From Patescibacteria group bacterium (lineage in GTDB: Bacteria; Patescibacteriota; Patescibacteriia; SG8-24), in the NCBI GenBank assembly GCA_041667185.1, contig JBAYFM010000004.1:9097-73096 (forward strand): 64,000 nt of DNA, written 5' to 3'. Both the position numbers and the translations under genes were made by a program. Under the pieces are notes generated by a model, which was not told where the DNA came from, did not search any database, and was given only the letters and a program-made list of their open reading frames with translations. Position 1 is the first letter of the stretch; the number at the start of each line of letters is the position of its first letter. Shown piece by piece: positions 36,601-45,038 of the stretch.

Positions 36601-39600
36601 CAGGAACCGCCGCAGCCGGCGTCGTTCGTGCAGGTCTTGCCTGGATCATTGCTGCAGACCGAACGGCACGCTCCGTCAACGGCCGGTTCGTAAACTCCCA
36701 CGTTGTCCCGAACGGAATTGATATCGACAGCTTCGCTGAAAGCGACTTTGACGGCCGTGTTGCGGCACACGTCTCCTTGTCCGGATAATGGGTAGACGAA
36801 CTCCGGCACGGGCGCCGGCGCGCAACAGCCGTTCGCGGAGCAGCCCAGCGGCGGCGGAGCCGGATCCTCTGTAGCCATCTCGCCCAGCGACCGGCAATAG
36901 GTCTGAGGCTCGCTCTGTTCCAGACAGGAGCAGGTCAGGCTGACCGTGGCTTTGCCGACGCGCGTCGAATCGGAACCGAATTCGGTCAAGCCGGCCAGGA
37001 CGTCATCCGACGGCCGAGCCACCGGCGGACCGGAGTAGACGCCGGCGCGGATGATCTGGAAAGGATCGATCCTGCCGTCGCCGCCGACCGGACCCGGATC
37101 GCAACCGGCCGCCTCGCCAGCGCCGACCACGCCATCGCGGCAGAACGACATTTCAGAATATTGCGCGGAAGCGCCTTCAAGCAGACAGGCTGCGGAACAG
37201 CCGTCTTGATTGGCCAGATTCCCGTCGTCGCACTGTTCGCCGGCCTCCACGATCCCGTTGCGGCAGCACCCCGTGCCGGTCGCTGCGGCGCAGGCTTTCG
37301 TGCCGGCGCGCAGACAAGTCTTCGGATCGCAACCGGCGGCCAGAATCGCATCGCTGGCGCCGGCCCCGCTGGCCGTATCACAGCCGATATCTTCGCCGGC
37401 TTCGGTCCGACCGTTGCCGCAATAATTGACGCAGGACGGCATGACTCCCTCGCTATCAGGCGCGACATCCAGACAAGATGGCAGGCTGCCCTCGCGCAAA
37501 CAATTATTGCTGCAGCCGTCGCCGTTCGCGCGATTGCCATCGTCGCAAGCCTCGCCGTCGGCCAGCTGACCGTCGCCACAGGACGACTTGCCGGCCGCAG
37601 CGCCGAGCATGACGCAGCCGACGGTCGAGCCGTTGGGTTCCTGGCAGCCGGTATCGAAGACGGCGCGGACGGCGGAACAACCCGCGTCGCCGAGTTTGCA
37701 GCCCGCCGGTTCGGTCTCGATGATCGCCTCGCAATTTTCGCCGTTTTCCAACTGACCGTTGCCGCAGCACTGCGCATCATCAAGCGCCCCGCATTTGAGC
37801 GTGCCCAAAACTACGCACCGGCTGGCGTCGCACCCGCGCGTCGCCGGACTACCGACGGCCGCATCGCAAGCCGGGTCTTCCCAAGGCAGGTCAACCACGC
37901 CGTTGCCGCACTGCGGCATCTTGTTCTGAGACCCCGTATGCCGGCAATCGGAAGTGCAGCCGGCCATCATCTCCATGTTCGTATCGAGACGGACATCAGG
38001 AGCCGCCGGCGGATCAATGGATCCGGAGTTCGTGTAAAAACCATCGATGACGTTCTTGTCAGTCTTAGTCCAAAGCCAACTGTAAGCACTCGCCCGCAGC
38101 TGCTGGCCAAGATCATCGCATTCGTCAGGTTTGGCAAAAGGCACCGCCTCGAAATCGGCGCGCTGGCCGACGTATTGCAGCAGCACCGCGCTCGGCCTGA
38201 CATCGGCATGATGGACGGCGCAAGGAGTGGGGCTGGTATTGGTCTTGAACTGCCAGGTGAAATAATCGCCGTCGTTAAGCTTCGAAAGCGGCACGCCGCT
38301 CCGACTCTTGATGAAACCGCTGCCGGCCGGCCGCTCGTCTTTTTTCGGATCCCAATATTGGCTCCGCAACCGGACGAGATAATTGGTGTTGCTCGCCAGG
38401 CCGGCCGAACCGATAGCGAATTCGAAGCGCCGGCCGCTCAGCTGACCGACCGAATCCACGACCTTGTTCACGGTCACGGTCTCATGGAAATATGGCGGCT
38501 GGCAGCTGATGTTGCGGCATTTGAGGACTTCGACATTGCCCGAAAAACTGGCTTCATCCATCGCGACGTTGAATTGCGCCCAGATCGCGGCGTTGCTGCA
38601 GGCGCTGCCGCAATCGGGAGCGTGAGCCGTCACCTGCGGATCAGCGAATTTGACGCTCACTTCGGCCTGGCCGGAGGTCTGCTGGCCGCCGCCCGGCGGC
38701 GCGAACGCGGCCGCGAGACCGACCGGATCCTCGGTCTCCGCCTTCGCGCGCACGGCCTGATAACACTGATGCTTGTCGGGCTGCAGGGACAGGATGTTCT
38801 CATCGGAGCTCCAGTTGATCTGGTAGATGCCCGGAGCGCACCGGAGGCGATTGCAGCTGATGTCGACCGGGAGGGCGGCGAAGCCGGCCGGATTCGCCGG
38901 CGCCGGAGCCTGGTTCGGAGCCGCCGGCGGCAGCCATTCCGGATTATCGACCTCGTCGCGATCGATCAGATATTTGAAAGGATTGACGATGACCTCGGAA
39001 AGCACGCAAGGAGCATCGGTTGCGGCGGTCTTGAATTCCAGAACGTAGTCGCCGCCCTGGTTGAGATCGTAATCACCGTCGAGATCAACGCCGTAGATAT
39101 CCTTGATGCCGTTCTCGGAATCGCCGGACAAAGTGACCCGGTACCAGGTCTTCTTGGCCAGCAAAGCCCCGGCACCCTTGGGCGCGGCGACCAGGGACCT
39201 CGACCCCGGCGGCTGGGGCGGCAGGTTGGAATTCTCAAAGGTCACGTCGAACTGGCTGGTCACGTTGACCGCGGCAGCGCAGGCCGGAGCGATGCCATCG
39301 CCGCAGGTCTCGATCCGGTATTTCCCGGCGAAGGAATCGACCCGCATGAAATTATTGAAAGCCAGCTGGATGACCGTGCCAGTGCAGATATCCTGGGAGC
39401 CGGCGGACGGCGCCGGACTCTTGAAATCAACGGCGTATTTGGCCTGGCAGGTCTGTTCATGGCAAGCGCAGCGCAGGACCTGCGGCATCTCCGGCAGCAC
39501 TTCGGTGCTGAACCGCCAACCGTAGGCACTGGTCGGCTTGGGAGCTTCGCAGGCAGCCTTGGTCGCCCGGCAGGAACCGTTGGGGCAGCAGACCGGCTTA

Positions 39601-42323
39601 TCCGGCTGGTCCTTTTGGCACAGATTGTCGCCGCCGATCTTGGTGCAATCCTGGACCTTGAACGGTACGGCGTTCGAACTCCACTGGTTGTTGGCTTCGA
39701 CGTAAACAGGACCAGTCTCCGCCTCCGGGGTCGCGGGATCAGGACGGGCGGCTGGCACGTAAGCCGAGACCTCCCGGTTCGACCAGGAAACGCCGGCATA
39801 AGCCCGGACCGCCGTGTTGGCCAAAAGGTTATTCTTTGAAAAATTGATGGAGTATTCGGTCAGACCGCTCTTGGTGCCGAAACGCTCGCCCAAGATCTTG
39901 ACCTTGGTGGTGCCGGCCGGACCGTTATCCGGCTCGATGCTGCAGATGCCCGGCTTCGACGGATCGGAATTGATGGTGAACAGGATCGCTTTGCTCTCCT
40001 TGCCATCGCCGGAGCGCTGGACCGACAGGTCATACTGCTCCAACCGAACCGGGCAAGTACCCTTGTCCGAGCACTCGAAAGCCGTCGGGACTTTGACCAC
40101 GATGTAGTTGCTGGTCCAGGTCGCTTTGCAGGGCGGAGCGGGCGGAACGCCGATGGCGACATCGCTGGCGTTGGATTTGGATACGAAACGCACCACGCCG
40201 CTCGAACCGAAGCCGCGGCCTACTATAGTAATATAGGCATCAACCGGACCGGCTGGCGGCAACACCTCGGTGATGGCCGGGGCTTCCGCTTTGTCGCCGG
40301 CGGAAACCAGGAAGATCGGATCATTCGTTGTCCACACGCCGGCAGCCTCGTTTCCGATCCTGACTCGGACAGGATACGGCCCGTCCTTGAGGGTCGGCGT
40401 AATGGCGGTGATCTTGTCGCCGGTCGACGCCCAGCCCTGGCTCGCGACGTTGGCCGCGCTGGTGCTGAGGAAAACCTGGCTCTCCCCCATTTCCCCGCCG
40501 AAATTGACGCCGCTGATGTCGAATCGAGTGCCGATCGGGCCGAAATTCGGTTTGACGAAACAAATGCCCGGCTGCGGCGGCAAAGCGGTGTCAACATCGA
40601 AAGTTCCGACCCAGCCGCGATCATTAGCGGTCGTATCCGCGAGTCCGGACAACGTCCTGATCTCGATGGGGCCGTCTTTGGCGTTCGCCGGAACCTTGAC
40701 CGTGGCCTGGTTGGGTTCGACGCCGTTGGTCCACGAATCTTCGGGCGCGGCGCACAGATCGGCGACCGCGTCGTCATTCGGATCATTCACGTCGCCAAGG
40801 AAAATGACGCGTCCGGCCGGCGGTCCGAACATCTTGCCGGAGACCGTCACGAGCGTCCCGGGAGCGCCGGCCGCCGGAGAGACCGACTCGATCATGGGCA
40901 GATCGACGCATTTGCCGGCGACACAGGCGCCGGAAGCGCAATCAGCATCGCCGGTGCAAACCGCACCGCTGCAACGGCCGCAAGCCGAGGCTGCGCCGCA
41001 ATCCACCCCATCCTCATCCGCGTCCTTGGCGCCATTGCAGCAATGCGTCGGCAGGACCTTGAAATTAGAAACGACCGGGGCGCTGGCGTTGCCGACGACG
41101 TCCTCGGCGGACGCGGCTGCGCCGTAAAGTGATCCGGCCGCCAACTTGGCCAGGTCAATCTGCACGGTGTCGATTGAAAAAGGATTCGCGAGCGCGGCGT
41201 TCATCTTCACGGTCTCGCCGATGATGGCGTCCGCCACCGGAGCGCCGGGAGCGCCGTCCTCGCCGACGGCCACGATCCCGAAAGTCAGGCTGACGGCAAG
41301 CTGGTTATCCTGGGCGATAGCCTGAATGTTCAGGGGCGCACTGCAGATTCCTGGCGGCGACTTCGGCATCGTCACGCGGACGTTCGGCGGCTCGAAATCA
41401 ACCCAATCGCCGATCGCGACGGCGCGGCGGCAAAGCGTCCGGGCTTGCGCGGTCGTATCCTCCGGCTTGGCTCCGGGCGCCGCGCGGCAATCGAGCGGCT
41501 TGGCGTCCGGCGTTTTCAGGACATTGGTCTCAAAACCGGTCGCGCCGCCGTCAGCTTCGATGAGATACCAGACATCGCCCTTGAAACATGGCTGCCCGTT
41601 ATCGCACTTCGAGTCCGGAACGAACTCGATGGTCTTGCCGACCACGGTCGAGGTCCCGGCATAAGCTTCGGTCTTGGGCTTGCAAGCGGCGATATCGAAC
41701 GGAAGACTCTCGGCGCCGTCGCCCGCGCCCTGGATCCGCGGATTGCACTCCAAGACGCGGAAATGGCCGGTGACGCTCGCTGCGTCAATGCCATCATTGA
41801 AAGACATTTTGAGTTTGGAATTCTTGGACCAGCCGCGCTGATCATTCGGACCAGCCGGGGCCACGCCCTGAACCCTAAAAGTGGCGCCGCCGCCGAAGCC
41901 GTTGCCGCCGCCAGCGCCGCCCCCGCCGCCATCTCCCCCGCCGCCGACCTCGCCGCCCGCGGCGCCGATGATGAAACGCGCGATGGCGAAAGCCGACATG
42001 ATGATCACGAGGCCGATGGCCGCGCTGACCATGGTCTTCTTCGCTTTGGAGATCTGTTCCTCATTGCCCTGGGAGGTCATCCAAAGGAAGCCGGCGTAGA
42101 GGATCAGGCCGACGGCGATGATCCCGAGAAAACCCAGGAAGTAGCTGATGATGCGGGCAACGGTCGTGCGGACATCGGTCGTCGTGAGACCGATCGCGGT
42201 CGCGTAATCCAACCCCAGATCAACCTGGGCGGAGACGGCGCGCGCCGACAACAAAACGGCGAAACCGGCGATGGCGGCCAATCCGGACCTGAAGATGTTG
42301 TTTTTAGCGGTGCGCATAACCAT
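30684..42323 (-). CDS. Giant (3879 aa) secreted cell-surface protein. N-terminal module is signal peptide plus two TM helices (TrbC/VirB2-pilin-like topology). Passenger is adhesin-like: Gly-rich linker, Myxococcus-type Cys-rich repeats, MopE-like CxxDNNCNG motifs, a TSP3 motif, a C-type-lectin-like WND motif and an aromatic-rich C-terminus.
   Basis: Single uninterrupted ORF. N-terminus ...AVSAQVDLGLDYATAIGLTTTDVRTT...LILYAGFLWMTSQGNEEQISKAKK...IGLVIIMSAFAI. Repeats such as CGDGQLADGEACDDGNRANGDGCSNNC, CRNGIVEAGEQCDDGNLANQDGCSAAC and CGDGVKNTGEQCDDGNSDAADGC. CDGRDNNCNGVVDE and CNGKDDDCNSLIDD. DPDADNDGVPNSKDCEP. QPDNW...NENCAQMYPDGTWNDAAC...GVCN. Confidence 0.8.
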   Translation of the reverse strand: MVMRTAKNNIFRSGLAAIAGFAVLLSARAVSAQVDLGLDYATAIGLTTTDVRTTVARIISYFLGFLGIIAVGLILYAGFLWMTSQGNEEQISKAKKTMVSAAIGLVIIMSAFAIARFIIGAAGGEVGGGGDGGGGGAGGGNGFGGGATFRVQGVAPAGPNDQRGWSKNSKLKMSFNDGIDAASVTGHFRVLECNPRIQGAGDGAESLPFDIAACKPKTEAYAGTSTVVGKTIEFVPDSKCDNGQPCFKGDVWYLIEADGGATGFETNVLKTPDAKPLDCRAAPGAKPEDTTAQARTLCRRAVAIGDWVDFEPPNVRVTMPKSPPGICSAPLNIQAIAQDNQLAVSLTFGIVAVGEDGAPGAPVADAIIGETVKMNAALANPFSIDTVQIDLAKLAAGSLYGAAASAEDVVGNASAPVVSNFKVLPTHCCNGAKDADEDGVDCGAASACGRCSGAVCTGDADCASGACVAGKCVDLPMIESVSPAAGAPGTLVTVSGKMFGPPAGRVIFLGDVNDPNDDAVADLCAAPEDSWTNGVEPNQATVKVPANAKDGPIEIRTLSGLADTTANDRGWVGTFDVDTALPPQPGICFVKPNFGPIGTRFDISGVNFGGEMGESQVFLSTSAANVASQGWASTGDKITAITPTLKDGPYPVRVRIGNEAAGVWTTNDPIFLVSAGDKAEAPAITEVLPPAGPVDAYITIVGRGFGSSGVVRFVSKSNASDVAIGVPPAPPCKATWTSNYIVVKVPTAFECSDKGTCPVRLEQYDLSVQRSGDGKESKAILFTINSDPSKPGICSIEPDNGPAGTTKVKILGERFGTKSGLTEYSINFSKNNLLANTAVRAYAGVSWSNREVSAYVPAARPDPATPEAETGPVYVEANNQWSSNAVPFKVQDCTKIGGDNLCQKDQPDKPVCCPNGSCRATKAACEAPKPTSAYGWRFSTEVLPEMPQVLRCACHEQTCQAKYAVDFKSPAPSAGSQDICTGTVIQLAFNNFMRVDSFAGKYRIETCGDGIAPACAAAVNVTSQFDVTFENSNLPPQPPGSRSLVAAPKGAGALLAKKTWYRVTLSGDSENGIKDIYGVDLDGDYDLNQGGDYVLEFKTAATDAPCVLSEVIVNPFKYLIDRDEVDNPEWLPPAAPNQAPAPANPAGFAALPVDISCNRLRCAPGIYQINWSSDENILSLQPDKHQCYQAVRAKAETEDPVGLAAAFAPPGGGQQTSGQAEVSVKFADPQVTAHAPDCGSACSNAAIWAQFNVAMDEASFSGNVEVLKCRNISCQPPYFHETVTVNKVVDSVGQLSGRRFEFAIGSAGLASNTNYLVRLRSQYWDPKKDERPAGSGFIKSRSGVPLSKLNDGDYFTWQFKTNTSPTPCAVHHADVRPSAVLLQYVGQRADFEAVPFAKPDECDDLGQQLRASAYSWLWTKTDKNVIDGFYTNSGSIDPPAAPDVRLDTNMEMMAGCTSDCRHTGSQNKMPQCGNGVVDLPWEDPACDAAVGSPATRGCDASRCVVLGTLKCGALDDAQCCGNGQLENGENCEAIIETEPAGCKLGDAGCSAVRAVFDTGCQEPNGSTVGCVMLGAAAGKSSCGDGQLADGEACDDGNRANGDGCSNNCLREGSLPSCLDVAPDSEGVMPSCVNYCGNGRTEAGEDIGCDTASGAGASDAILAAGCDPKTCLRAGTKACAAATGTGCCRNGIVEAGEQCDDGNLANQDGCSAACLLEGASAQYSEMSFCRDGVVGAGEAAGCDPGPVGGDGRIDPFQIIRAGVYSGPPVARPSDDVLAGLTEFGSDSTRVGKATVSLTCSCLEQSEPQTYCRSLGEMATEDPAPPPLGCSANGCCAPAPVPEFVYPLSGQGDVCRNTAVKVAFSEAVDINSVRDNVGVYEPAVDGACRSVCSNDPGKTCTNDAGCGGSCIQAKYCADTGERCQINSDCSFGVVCAARPAEAPSVCSNNGLACVANADCGGSCRPVRYCVKKPGQQCSTDADCGEGDTCADRQPVNGQLRPWGETSLRPEVRSSAWWQAPARLISFLFDLLERAVSPVRAADAGYCRVPGDLVVKPRLVTFMSAGSYLPNVTHTILLRGADGLRPAGEVLRTAGGVPLYDSSPSEFKTAGAVCKIDSVVLTPVSHLFTTAEDTNAAVYPDPEDSLDGDQNFVAEAKPARGGDLASLNSTPDYRFKWFWDVQPDDSPIVVAPTVVGPAVGNGFCEIGEADNSPDCKNCAAASDCVRSRPEETETARVSVRKTPVEKFPANGDQSVRVAAEILDQGLPSTLSAESRVTVMLCRNPWPSWRKCTDVQAHGLPWDAARGASLSCLGDEQVWFPFYDPTTNLSFYYCRDGAAGGDEGDDLPALNESGVKVLSRTSSALSSASRRLAQAGAASSAPRTPAVGFLPALNESKYASLQPGRDIQREYLFTFDRALGPLDPNFPDKPTAWEKNAIGLRIMSNLDHLSISDWYQKQGFSGNPTATTVDGYPALREGRTVYSLAVAKVDIAAEQQRRLYTNVNILSYSDGAAAETQAIFDQILNKINFNLNVSNKGYCVDAAQEGMQALDNGKPIPCSADVDCRVKNGGFDPLRAGLYCSAHKDKLIRDLKRWTDLVQLRNALVAKKSDGYPKLESGTFLPGRTISSWGSWTSVLASELGFGLVADPVNKLMQCSGYCSQYPNKAACDQHAEICVYENGVCADKRKFDPATCWNAAEKVYRCPAESHVYEFQSVGGQDFRLYADFETGQDYLCTAYAEQNTCLAQDGFCNWFGGKCAANAKMYWAGSTCFEVRDGSDPDNTTQNECVAKSECAWSPEAGCQPQGGGALLMSGVNYDLGPRCQAMTEIGSQGYCGDGVVQIGGANPEECEPGQAPAIIDCVSGGRPGVQRKACGLDCRWQAPGACAVGSCGDGIKQSGEFCDDGPLNGTYGQCNSTCNGLGPRCGDGAKQASEACDLGADNGQYNFNGAPSCSWDCKELGPRCGDSKINGSGEVCDGGVQNYPQLCCPPGADQTTCTQLSSQPGCSTNADCRGLGANGQDWSCVKFCDANDHDKRWRRTCYANAPGTEDDQLACRWGDWSCTEAGSCGDGVKNTGEQCDDGNSDAADGCVNCKNAVCGDGFVSAARGEQCDGGALNGQRCRPAYGQDCTYCTSACKLGTVTGGFCGNNILENFEHDPPGPEECEGETGINNWICVSTRPQDQVFGRQTGQASCDAKTCKRTCVDRSSKACNDSSTVNTDSDVRPPQGVWNLFNPQAYLLELPNSWPFPNPYPVAPPQSYPIVLKDSCDPDADNDGVPNSKDCEPLQWDSRPNFSLTYTKSGDTGETGSFSVTEGVEDVCDGRDNNCNGVVDENLMKIRGVFRVEGGRGVVGNAPIKLYCKDGGNLTYLKEVMTAADGSYDISFNITTCAGSEIEIQAWPPSTGCWGGPDIAKTTLAKVADCNPANSMDLVFYPKELCNGKDDDCNSLIDDNWTVRTRPGEGMAVSGNLRDAMFVNTPIVGATVEAQAAVCNYDRVTTCGSDTDCNADTTLNFNNWATQQPDNWTGSPDGNENCAQMYPDGTWNDAACSSTQLADRGVCNDLTVTGTGLNYDSAKSACSNHGGLASIADLTKNEQVRTACNGANCWIGLDDKVTEGIFIWANGKKLGGVCGVDRSPNNIAIQTDASGNYNLADVVKTTGTPAHCRVRLKVLPFKPANNLVVSGLSGAVVERNVNGYHAASMFVPSGSANSWSAPQFYLMPRVSYGYAMAAYIWDGDLNGFLDSYLWVPDPGSATVSYGSPGNQDVANTNPNAFLSCYHPDGRNTCGTFDYAPQTMLYRWNDDRSVLRTWKFWVNDYSGNGYDYFSQVNSRMYISWHNGAYQLTSITAPVSTSNTKGNWYIFDMTVPTSGVPTLTPQNVYQTSTP

Positions 42324-42338
42324 CTCGTTGGAACTTCT

Positions 42339-44522
42339 TTAAGGAGTGCGGGTCGGTCCCAGCTGGCAGTCGAACACTTCCTGGGGATTGCCGTCGCAGC
42401 ACGAAGTGGCGCCAGCCGTGAGCTCGCAAGCGAAGCCCTGGCTCGGAAAGAAACAGTTCTGGAACGCGTCCTTGACCTGCGCTTTGACGACCGGCTGGTA
42501 GAGCGGCAGTTTCTCGGTGACAGTGTCCGTTTCCTCGTTCCAGTTCAGATCATTCAGACGGAAGAACCGCTCGTGTCCCAGATCAGTGACGGTGTGCTCC
42601 GTCGGACCCGCGCCCTGGATCGCGTTGCCGATGATGACGGCTGGCGGATCGATCGGCCTGGCGCAGGTCGAGATGTCCATCTCGCTCGTGCAGTCGGCGG
42701 TGCCGGTCTTCAGCCAGAGTCGGGCGTCATAGAACATCGTCGTGCCGCCGCGCATGGAAGCCGACATCATCGGTTTATTCCAGGCCAGCGTGACCGGAGC
42801 ATCAACAGGCACTGACGACGGATCAGCCGGAGTGATGCCGGCGATCCGCGGCGGATCGAGATCGACCGCGCCGCCGATGCGATAATTGGCGACGGCCGTG
42901 TCGCTGTAAGCTCCGTAGTTCGACGGATCATTGCCCGGCGGAAAGACGTTCCAATTGAAAGCCTCGCGGCTGCCGGAGACTGGGCCCTCGGCCTTGCCGC
43001 TGCGATTGCCGTCGAGGGAATTACCGCTCATATCAGTGACACCATCGGTCGGATCAGCGGCTCCGGGCGGCACCGAACCGACCGTGGCCGCGCGGACCTG
43101 GAACGTGACGTTGGCGTTGGCCGGCAGGCAGAAAACGGACTCGCCGCAGGAATTCGTCACCTTGCCGCCGTCGCAGGGAGCGCTCGGAATGAACTCGACC
43201 GTGCGGTAGCGGTTGCTGATGTCCATCAAACCCTCAATCGAGGTGCAGGTGCCGCCGGTGCAGTCCTTGAGATCGATGAAATTGAAACCTCCGGATCCGG
43301 TCTTGCCGCGCGCGGTCGTCGGATCGAGCGGCTCGTTGAAATACGCGGCCACGACGCGATTCCGGGCCAGAGGATAGATGTTGAACGGACTGGTCGGTCC
43401 CGGCGAAAAATATTCGAGCTTGGGCGGCTCCAGGTCGAAGGTCGTGCTCGTCGTGAAGACCCAGAAATATCCGCCGTCGTTGCCCATGGTGTTGAAGGCC
43501 GGCTTCTGGATCGGAGCGGTTCCCGTCGGTGGCGGCACCCAAGCCTTGATCCCGGCGTCGCCGCCGCGGAGCGCCACGCGATAATCGACCGGTTCGTCAT
43601 TGCTGCCGATGCCGGCCGGCCCGAACCTGAGGACGATGGTCTGGTTATTATCGGCGTTATAAGGCTCATCGACCGCCGTGCGCGTCACGGTCGGCGCGGG
43701 GCTGACGAGCTTGGCGGCCGGATACCGCTGCTCGAAACGATCGGCGACCGAGGCCGCTGTCGGCTCGCCCAGGTCACCCACCTCGATGATCTTGATATTA
43801 TCGGTATTGAGCGTGAGGATGGTCTGCGGCGTGACAGGCGTCTCGATATGGCCTTCGCTAGCGCAGTCCGGCGCACAGACGACGTCATCAGCGACGGCAA
43901 AAGTATTGTTGTCCTTGTAATTCTTGAAAATGGTCGAAAGCACGACCGGCTTCTTGAAAGTGATCGCCACCTTGGTGTTCCGCGGCACGTTGGTCTGGCC
44001 CGCTTCCGGATAGTGGTATTCGATGCCGTAGCCGCGCTGGTTGGGGCCGCAATTGACGCGGCAGCCGCGCGAGAAAAAACTGCCGTCGCCGGAATCGCCG
44101 AGCGGACCAGTGAGCGTGTTGCCGGTCACGGCCCGGAAAATGAACGCCGTGATGGCGTAGGCCGACATGATGATCGCGAGACCGATGGTAGCGTTGATCA
44201 GGATCTTCTTGGCCTGCGTGATCTTCTCCTCGCTCCCCTGCGAGGTCATCCACAAAACGCCGGCGTACAGGATGATGAGCACCGCGGCCACGCCGAGAAA
44301 TGCGAAAAACGCTTTGATGATGTTGCCGATGGTCGTCCGGATATCGGTCGTGCCGAGGCCGATGGCGGTGGCATAATTCAAACCGAGATCGACGCCGCTC
44401 TGAGCGAACGCGACAAGCGGCAAACCGATGGCGGCCAAGATAACGCCAATGACCGCGACGGTGATCGCGGTCTTAGCTGGCGCCGCACTGGCGCCGTTCC
44501 GACGATTTATCCTTCCAAGCAT
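42339..44522 (-). CDS. 727-aa secreted protein sharing the N-terminal pilin-like module of the giant protein; beta-rich passenger
   Basis: ...AFAQSGVDLGLNYATAIGLGTTDIRTT...LIILYAGVLWMTSQGSEEKITQAKK...IGLAIIMSAYAI aligns position-by-position with the N-terminus of the 3879-aa protein. Stop is 15 nt from the giant gene's start. Confidence 0.7.
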   Translation of the reverse strand: MLGRINRRNGASAAPAKTAITVAVIGVILAAIGLPLVAFAQSGVDLGLNYATAIGLGTTDIRTTIGNIIKAFFAFLGVAAVLIILYAGVLWMTSQGSEEKITQAKKILINATIGLAIIMSAYAITAFIFRAVTGNTLTGPLGDSGDGSFFSRGCRVNCGPNQRGYGIEYHYPEAGQTNVPRNTKVAITFKKPVVLSTIFKNYKDNNTFAVADDVVCAPDCASEGHIETPVTPQTILTLNTDNIKIIEVGDLGEPTAASVADRFEQRYPAAKLVSPAPTVTRTAVDEPYNADNNQTIVLRFGPAGIGSNDEPVDYRVALRGGDAGIKAWVPPPTGTAPIQKPAFNTMGNDGGYFWVFTTSTTFDLEPPKLEYFSPGPTSPFNIYPLARNRVVAAYFNEPLDPTTARGKTGSGGFNFIDLKDCTGGTCTSIEGLMDISNRYRTVEFIPSAPCDGGKVTNSCGESVFCLPANANVTFQVRAATVGSVPPGAADPTDGVTDMSGNSLDGNRSGKAEGPVSGSREAFNWNVFPPGNDPSNYGAYSDTAVANYRIGGAVDLDPPRIAGITPADPSSVPVDAPVTLAWNKPMMSASMRGGTTMFYDARLWLKTGTADCTSEMDISTCARPIDPPAVIIGNAIQGAGPTEHTVTDLGHERFFRLNDLNWNEETDTVTEKLPLYQPVVKAQVKDAFQNCFFPSQGFACELTAGATSCCDGNPQEVFDCQLGPTRTP

Positions 44523-44561
44523 GGGAGAGAAGGGTGATCGTTGATGATGTGGTTGTGCCGT

Positions 44562-45017
44562 TCAGGAACTCGACGCGGCGATGATCTCTTTGACCGCGGC
44601 GCTGACCTTCGTGCCATCAGCCTTGCCTTTGGCCTCCTTCATGACCTCGCTCATGACGCGGCCGAAGTCCTTGGCGGTCACCGTCCCGATAACGGCGATC
44701 TTCTGGCGGACCAATTCCTTCAAAGCCTCGTCGCCGAGCTGTTCCGGCAGGTAGGCTTGGAGAATAGCCATCTCCGCCTCCGCTTTCGCCGCCAGATCAG
44801 CGCGCTTGCCGGCGACATAGGACTCCAGGGCGTCGCGAAGCTTCTTCAGCTCCCGGCCGACGACCTCGATGACGTCCTCCTCGGCGAGCGGTTTCATTTT
44901 CTCGATCTCGACGTATTTCAAAGCCGCCCGAAGCAGACGCAAGGTCGACAATTTGTCGGCCTGGCGCGCTTTGGCGGCTTCGGAACAATCGGCGTCGATG
45001 CGTTCTCGAGTGGTCAT
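44562..45017 (-). CDS. GatB/YqeY domain protein
   Basis: Single-domain, ~150 aa, helical, with the Lys/Glu/Ala pattern typical of YqeY (ALKYVEIEK...LESYVAGKRADLAAKAEAEMAILQAYLP). Confidence 0.75.
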   Translation of the reverse strand: MTTRERIDADCSEAAKARQADKLSTLRLLRAALKYVEIEKMKPLAEEDVIEVVGRELKKLRDALESYVAGKRADLAAKAEAEMAILQAYLPEQLGDEALKELVRQKIAVIGTVTAKDFGRVMSEVMKEAKGKADGTKVSAAVKEIIAASSS

Positions 45018-45038
45018 TGCCTTAACGGACTGTCTTAC

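Noticed and set aside
31005-41932. Many 70-890-aa ORFs on both strands within the giant gene, for example 32871-35168(+) and 37161-39839(+)
   Set aside because: All nested in or antisense to the single uninterrupted 3879-aa ORF, which carries real repeat-domain signatures. High-GC frame artefacts.
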